Of a stretch of 64,000 nt of DNA, positions 59,494-64,000 are shown piece by piece. Every line of letters begins with the position of its first letter. The first letter of the stretch is position 1. The notes beneath the pieces are model-generated. The model had not been told where the DNA came from, searched no databases, and saw only the letters and a list, made by a program, of their open reading frames with translations. The stretch comes from Myxococcales bacterium (GTDB taxonomy: Bacteria > Myxococcota_A > Bradymonadia > REDH01). The position numbers and the translations under genes were made by a program. Location of the stretch: contig CANMDT010000006.1 of assembly GCA_947496715.1 (NCBI GenBank), positions 1,121-65,120 on the forward strand, written 5' to 3'.

Positions 59494-62400
59494 CCGGCCG
59501 CTCGGAGTCGCGGCTCACCCGCATGGCGGTAGAGCGGAAGGTCGCGACCTTGATGCTCACCCTGTCGCTCATGGTTCTGGGCCTGGTCGCCTGGTTCCGC
59601 ATCCCGGTCGAACTGGTTCCGTCGGGCTTCTCGCCCCCCTTCCTCTATGTGGAGGTTCCTACGCTCCGCTCAGCGCCACGCGACATCGAGCAGCGGGTCG
59701 CCGAGCCCTTCGAGGCGGCGCTGCGGCTGGTCAAGGGCGTGGAGCGGGTGGAGACCCGCATCGGCTCCAACTCTGCCGGCTTTCTGGTCGCACTGGCGAA
59801 CCGGACCAACATGGATGTTGCCTACAACGAGGTGCGCGAGCAGCTCGACCGGGCCCGCGTTGGTATGGGCGACGAGGTGCTCACCTACTTTGTCTGGAAG
59901 TATAACCCGAGCGACGACCCGGTCGTCTGGCTCGGCATCTCGACGGAGCGGGAGGGCGAACAGCTCGCAGGCCGCGTGCAGACGAGCATCGTCCCGCAGT
60001 TGGAGCGGGTGGAGGGTGTCTCGCGCGTCGAACTTATCGGCGCACCCGACGATGCGGTGGAGGTCGACTTCGACCTCGCCCGGATGGCTGCGCGGGGGCT
60101 GACGACGACAGAGGCGGTGGAGTCGCTTCGGAGGGCGGGATTCCTGCTCTCTGCGGGAGCAATCGAGACCCGCTCCGGCCGCCAACCTGTGCGGGTGCTT
60201 GCTGAGCTGCAGTCGCTGGCCGACCTCTCTTCGCTGCCTGTGGGCCGCTCCGTCAAACTCGGCGAGGTTGCCACGGTGAAGATGGTCGACAGGGCGGAGC
60301 GGATGGTCCACCGGGTCAACGGGCAGGAGGCCATCTTCGTGGCGGTGTTCAAGGAGTCGGCGGCGAACGCGGTCGAGGTATCGACTGCGACGAAGCGGGC
60401 CCTCGCCGAGGTCATCGCCCGCGAGCCGCGGCTGGCAACGCTCGAGCAACATGTGCTCTTCGACCAGGGCTCGATGATCGAGACCTCCATAAGAGACCTC
60501 TACGGCAGCGCCCTCGAGGGGGCGGCGCTCGCGATCCTCATCCTCTGGCTCTTCCTCCGGCGCGCGGTCATCACCGTGGTCATCGCGCTGACCATCCCCG
60601 CCAGCCTGCTCATCGCCGTCACGGTGATGTATTTCGCGGGTTACTCGCTCAACATCCTCTCCCTCACCGGCCTCATCCTTGCCGTCGGCATGGTGGTCGA
60701 CAACGCCATCGTCGTGAGTGAGCAGATCGAGCGTCGCATCTCGGCCGGGGTTCCACGTCGCGAGGCGGTGATCGGCGGCGCGAGCGAGGTCGGCCTGGCG
60801 ATCACTGTCTCGACGGCGACCCATGTCATGGCCTTTGTGCCCATCACGCTGATGAGCGGCAGCCAGAGCGTAACCTTCTACCTGTCGCAGCTCGGCTTGC
60901 CGGTCTGCGCCTCGATCGTCGCGAGCCTCTTCGTCTCGCTCATCTGGATCCCCTGGATCGCAGCGCACCTCCCGTGGGCCATTCCGGGCGTGCCGATTGG
61001 GGAGGACAAGGTGCGGGTGGAGGATCGGTTTGCGGGGTGGCTGGAGGTAGCGCTCCGCCACCGCGGGGATGTGGCGCTGGTCGCCACGCTGCTCTTCGCC
61101 TCGGTCTTCCTGATCGGCGACAAGGTGCAGCAGAGCGACCAGGCGCAGGCCAACATCGGCGATGTTCGCATGATCTACGCCTTCGACGACAATGTCACAG
61201 TGGATGAGCAGGAGAGGGTGCTCGCGGAGGCGGAGCGCATTTTGCTCGCGGGCCGTGAAGAGCTCGGGCTCCGCGACATCGTGGTCCGCATGGGTGGCTG
61301 GATGGGGCGTCCGCAGGTGCGCTGCTTCCTGGTGCCGCCGGACGATCGCAAGCTCACGCGCGAGGGTGTCATCGCCGAGCTGCAGCGTCGGGTCCCCCGA
61401 AAGGCTGGCGCGAAGTGGTCGCTCACCTGGGACACATCGGGTGGTGTCGGCGGCATTGACCTCATGATCGCCGGCAGACAGTCGGCTCAGCTCGATGCGC
61501 TGCTTCCGGCTGTGATCGAGCGGCTCGAGCGGCTGCCGGGTGTGACGAGCGTTGTCCGGCGCAACGAGGCAAGCACCAGCCGCGAACTCCAGCTCAGGCC
61601 CGACCGCGAGATCGCCGCCACGCTTGGGTTGCCTGTTGGGGCCGTCGGTGCCTTCGTCGACCTGGCCCTGCGCGGCCGTGAGGTCGGCCAACTTGTCGGT
61701 GGTGATGAACCCATCAAGATCTACGCCTCTGCGGGGGCCGCCGCCGCGACCAGTCCGGCTGCGCTCGACGCGCTCCCGCTCCCGACACTCTCCGGCATGG
61801 TCCCGCTCGGCTCGGTAACCCATGGTCAGGTGGCCTCCGGCACCGGCTCCATCGAGCGGGTCAACGGCCGCACGGTTGCGCAGCTCGTCGTTCGTACCTC
61901 CCGCGAAGACATCGATGCGCTCGGCAAGGAGATGGATAAGGCGCTCGCAGCCTTTCCCTGGCCGGAAGGGTATGGTCCGGAGAAGGGGAGCCGGCTGACG
62001 GGGATCGCCTCCAACAACAGTGACCTCTTCATCGCCTTCCTGCTGGCCACGGTCTTCATCTTTCTGCTCATGGGCTTCCTCTTCGAGTCCTTCGTCCTGC
62101 CGCTCGCCATCCTCTTCTCGGTCCCGTTTGCCTTCACCGGGGCCATCTGGACGCTCTATCTGACGGGCACACCGTTCGATGTCATGGCCGGCATCGGGCT
62201 GGTGATTCTGGTGGGTGTGGTTGTAAACAACGGCATCGTGCTCATCGACCTTGTGGCGGAGCGGAGACGTGGCGGGCTGACGCGGACCGAGGCGCTGGTA
62301 GCTGCCGGTAGAGAGCGTTTCAGGCCGGTCGTGATGACCGCGTTGACGACCATTGTCGGGCTCATCCCGATGGCCTTCGGCTCGACCGCGATTGTCGGCA

Positions 62401-62585
62401 TCCCCTACGCACCGCTTGGCCGGTCGCTGATGGGTGGCATGCTCTTTTCGACAGTGCTGACGCTGGTGGTCGTGCCGGTTGCCTATACCGTGATCGACGA
62501 CATCCGGCTCTGGTTCTACCGGCTATCGGGCCTTGGCGGCGACGAGGGAGAGGAGCGAGACGAAGTGAGCGACGCCGCGGTCTAG
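59490..62585 (+). CDS. RND-superfamily efflux transporter (AcrB/CzcA-like), 1031 aa
   Basis: 12-TM topology with two large periplasmic loops. Conserved GLILAVGMVVDNAIVV and GLVILVGVVVNNGIVLID motifs. Confidence 0.85.
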   Translation: MTGRSESRLTRMAVERKVATLMLTLSLMVLGLVAWFRIPVELVPSGFSPPFLYVEVPTLRSAPRDIEQRVAEPFEAALRLVKGVERVETRIGSNSAGFLVALANRTNMDVAYNEVREQLDRARVGMGDEVLTYFVWKYNPSDDPVVWLGISTEREGEQLAGRVQTSIVPQLERVEGVSRVELIGAPDDAVEVDFDLARMAARGLTTTEAVESLRRAGFLLSAGAIETRSGRQPVRVLAELQSLADLSSLPVGRSVKLGEVATVKMVDRAERMVHRVNGQEAIFVAVFKESAANAVEVSTATKRALAEVIAREPRLATLEQHVLFDQGSMIETSIRDLYGSALEGAALAILILWLFLRRAVITVVIALTIPASLLIAVTVMYFAGYSLNILSLTGLILAVGMVVDNAIVVSEQIERRISAGVPRREAVIGGASEVGLAITVSTATHVMAFVPITLMSGSQSVTFYLSQLGLPVCASIVASLFVSLIWIPWIAAHLPWAIPGVPIGEDKVRVEDRFAGWLEVALRHRGDVALVATLLFASVFLIGDKVQQSDQAQANIGDVRMIYAFDDNVTVDEQERVLAEAERILLAGREELGLRDIVVRMGGWMGRPQVRCFLVPPDDRKLTREGVIAELQRRVPRKAGAKWSLTWDTSGGVGGIDLMIAGRQSAQLDALLPAVIERLERLPGVTSVVRRNEASTSRELQLRPDREIAATLGLPVGAVGAFVDLALRGREVGQLVGGDEPIKIYASAGAAAATSPAALDALPLPTLSGMVPLGSVTHGQVASGTGSIERVNGRTVAQLVVRTSREDIDALGKEMDKALAAFPWPEGYGPEKGSRLTGIASNNSDLFIAFLLATVFIFLLMGFLFESFVLPLAILFSVPFAFTGAIWTLYLTGTPFDVMAGIGLVILVGVVVNNGIVLIDLVAERRRGGLTRTEALVAAGRERFRPVVMTALTTIVGLIPMAFGSTAIVGIPYAPLGRSLMGGMLFSTVLTLVVVPVAYTVIDDIRLWFYRLSGLGGDEGEERDEVSDAAV

Positions 62586-64000
62586 TTTGGTTTGTCGGTA
62601 GCTGCCGGCGGGGTTGCTGTCCCGGTGTCAGCGGGTTTGGCCCGTTTGGAGTTGTCCGCCTTCTTCCGCGCCCGGTCCTTCGACTTGCCCTTCGACTTGC
62701 CCTTTTCCGCAGCCTTGGGAACCGCGGTCTGCGAATTCAGCGGCAGGAGCGTCTGGCTTACAGTGCTCTGCGAGAGTCCTGGCTCCCATGTGTGCGGGAT
62801 GATCGCAGCGCCGAATCCGTCGCGGCGGAGCTCCAAGGTCGCGCCGTCGGCGGGGTCCACATAGATGGGCATGCAGACGGTCGGAGTGCTTCCGCAGGGG
62901 GTGCCGTTGACTGCAACGGTGGCGCCGGGTGGATTGGAGTCGACGCGGATGGTGTGTGGAAGCGGCTTGAGCGTGAAGAGCAACGAGAGAGGCGCCGTGC
63001 TGGTGATGTCTGCGGTTCCTACCGGAGGTGTCTCGAAGCCTTCGCGGCGCACGGTAAGCGTCTTGATTTCGCCAATCGAGGTCCCGACCAGGGTGGTGGG
63101 GGTGACGGCACCCGTCTCGATGCCTCCGATGACCACGCGGGCGCCCAAGGGCGATGAGGTGAGGAGGATCTGTTGCTTTTCTGCGGGCGCCGGTTGGAAG
63201 GACTTCTGCCAGGAGAAGAGGCCGTAGAGCAGGGCGGCTGCGGAGATTGCACCGACGAGCATCCAGCGGCGTGAGCGGACAGGATGCGCCGTCGGGGCAG
63301 CGAAGACGGTGGAGAGCCTGTCTTTGGAGGCCGGCTCGACCGGCGCGTTGCCCGTCGACGACTCGCTCCCCTGCCAGAGGTGGGAACCTGTCACCGAGAC
63401 ACTGGCGGTCCTCGCTGGCCGATAGGAGGGCTGCGCCGGCTGAGCGGGAAGAGGCGCGCTGCCGGTGCGGGCAATCTCGGGCAGGTAGTCAGAGGGCATG
63501 GGGACGGCGAGTGTCTCGCCGGAGAACATCTCGGCGTCGAAGGCAGAGAGAGCAAGCGAAGCGCCGCGCGTCCTTCCAAAGGCAGGCAACACCGAGCTTC
63601 CCGCGCCGGGTGTCGGATTGGGCGCGCCCAGCGGTAGAGACCGCTGCGCGTTGGAAGCTGCCTCGTGGGCAGCGAAGGCATCTGCGGCGCATGCTGCAAG
63701 CAGGGCATCGGAGAGCGGCTCGGGCTCGTCTTGGCGATCGGCCGCCAGCGAGCCATTGTCGGTGAAGGAGAACTCAGCCCGCTTCAGCGCGACGGCGTCG
63801 GGCGGCAGCGCGGAGCCGGCACGTCCCGAGAGGTGGGTGAAGATGAGCATGCGGAGCCGGTGGCGCGACGAGAAGGAGGCGCGAGAGCGAAGCCAGAGCT
63901 GCAGGCTTGCGCGCATGCTGGCGAGCGCCTCGGTGGAGCGCTCCGCAGGCTGCAGCATGGCGGCTTCGAGCATCTGCGCGATCTCGTCCGGGAGCCCCTC
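62582..64000 (-). CDS. Membrane protein with two periplasmic PEGA domains. The N-terminal (cytoplasmic) part runs off the window end.
   Basis: Transmembrane helix WMLVGAISAAALLYGLFSW. PEGA-like SSPLGARVVIGG...GAVTPTTL and DSNPPGATVAVNGTPCGSTPT. Lys-rich C-terminus. The frame is open upstream of 63973 to the window edge. Confidence 0.55.
   Translation of the reverse strand, partial: EGLPDEIAQMLEAAMLQPAERSTEALASMRASLQLWLRSRASFSSRHRLRMLIFTHLSGRAGSALPPDAVALKRAEFSFTDNGSLAADRQDEPEPLSDALLAACAADAFAAHEAASNAQRSLPLGAPNPTPGAGSSVLPAFGRTRGASLALSAFDAEMFSGETLAVPMPSDYLPEIARTGSAPLPAQPAQPSYRPARTASVSVTGSHLWQGSESSTGNAPVEPASKDRLSTVFAAPTAHPVRSRRWMLVGAISAAALLYGLFSWQKSFQPAPAEKQQILLTSSPLGARVVIGGIETGAVTPTTLVGTSIGEIKTLTVRREGFETPPVGTADITSTAPLSLLFTLKPLPHTIRVDSNPPGATVAVNGTPCGSTPTVCMPIYVDPADGATLELRRDGFGAAIIPHTWEPGLSQSTVSQTLLPLNSQTAVPKAAEKGKSKGKSKDRARKKADNSKRAKPADTGTATPPAATDKPN

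Noticed and set aside
59670-61823. 717-aa minus ORF
   Set aside because: Antisense of the RND transporter gene.
57931-62585. Missing membrane-fusion protein interpreted as a gene loss or pseudogene
   Set aside because: There is no remnant ORF or space between the OMF and RND genes (4-bp overlap). The absence is real within this window, but the MFP may be encoded elsewhere, so it is reported only as an observation.

Overview
This is a high-GC (about 70%) bacterial chromosomal segment with dense, mostly overlapping or translationally coupled genes. Three lines of evidence point to Myxococcota: a MYXO-CTERM-like sorting tail on a secreted metzincin, a Myxococcus-type cysteine-rich repeat protein, and several Ser/Thr-kinase, FHA and PEGA proteins. 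The housekeeping content is rpsB-tsf-pyrH-frr, trxB, glnB-glnA, prmA-rsmE, dapA-dapB, a uvrD-like helicase, accC plus BCCP, an enoyl-CoA hydratase and meaB plus methylmalonyl-CoA mutase (both subunits). Accessory content, from start to end: (1) a secreted metzincin lipoprotein with an upstream repeat-bearing outer-membrane beta-barrel gene; (2) a catalytically degenerate Ser/Thr pseudokinase; (3) an overlapped DUF882/ParA-like pair; (4) a four-gene synthase-dependent exopolysaccharide-like operon that I cannot assign to a known pathway, which is my best candidate for an undescribed system; (5) an H-NS-family gene in a locally lower-GC patch, next to a lone arsM whose core is garbled by a compensating frameshift pair; (6) a REC / degenerate-GGDEF / REC regulator; (7) an FHA / HEAT-like / histidine-kinase group; (8) a nine-gene co-directional cluster joining type IV pilus minor pilins and PilY1 to a lipoprotein, a MYXO-CTERM metzincin, SpoIID/LytB and an RND pump with its outer-membrane factor but no membrane-fusion protein. 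I found no rRNA, tRNA, CRISPR array or obvious transposase. Many long ORFs in the supplied track are antisense artefacts of GC-rich coding DNA and are rejected.
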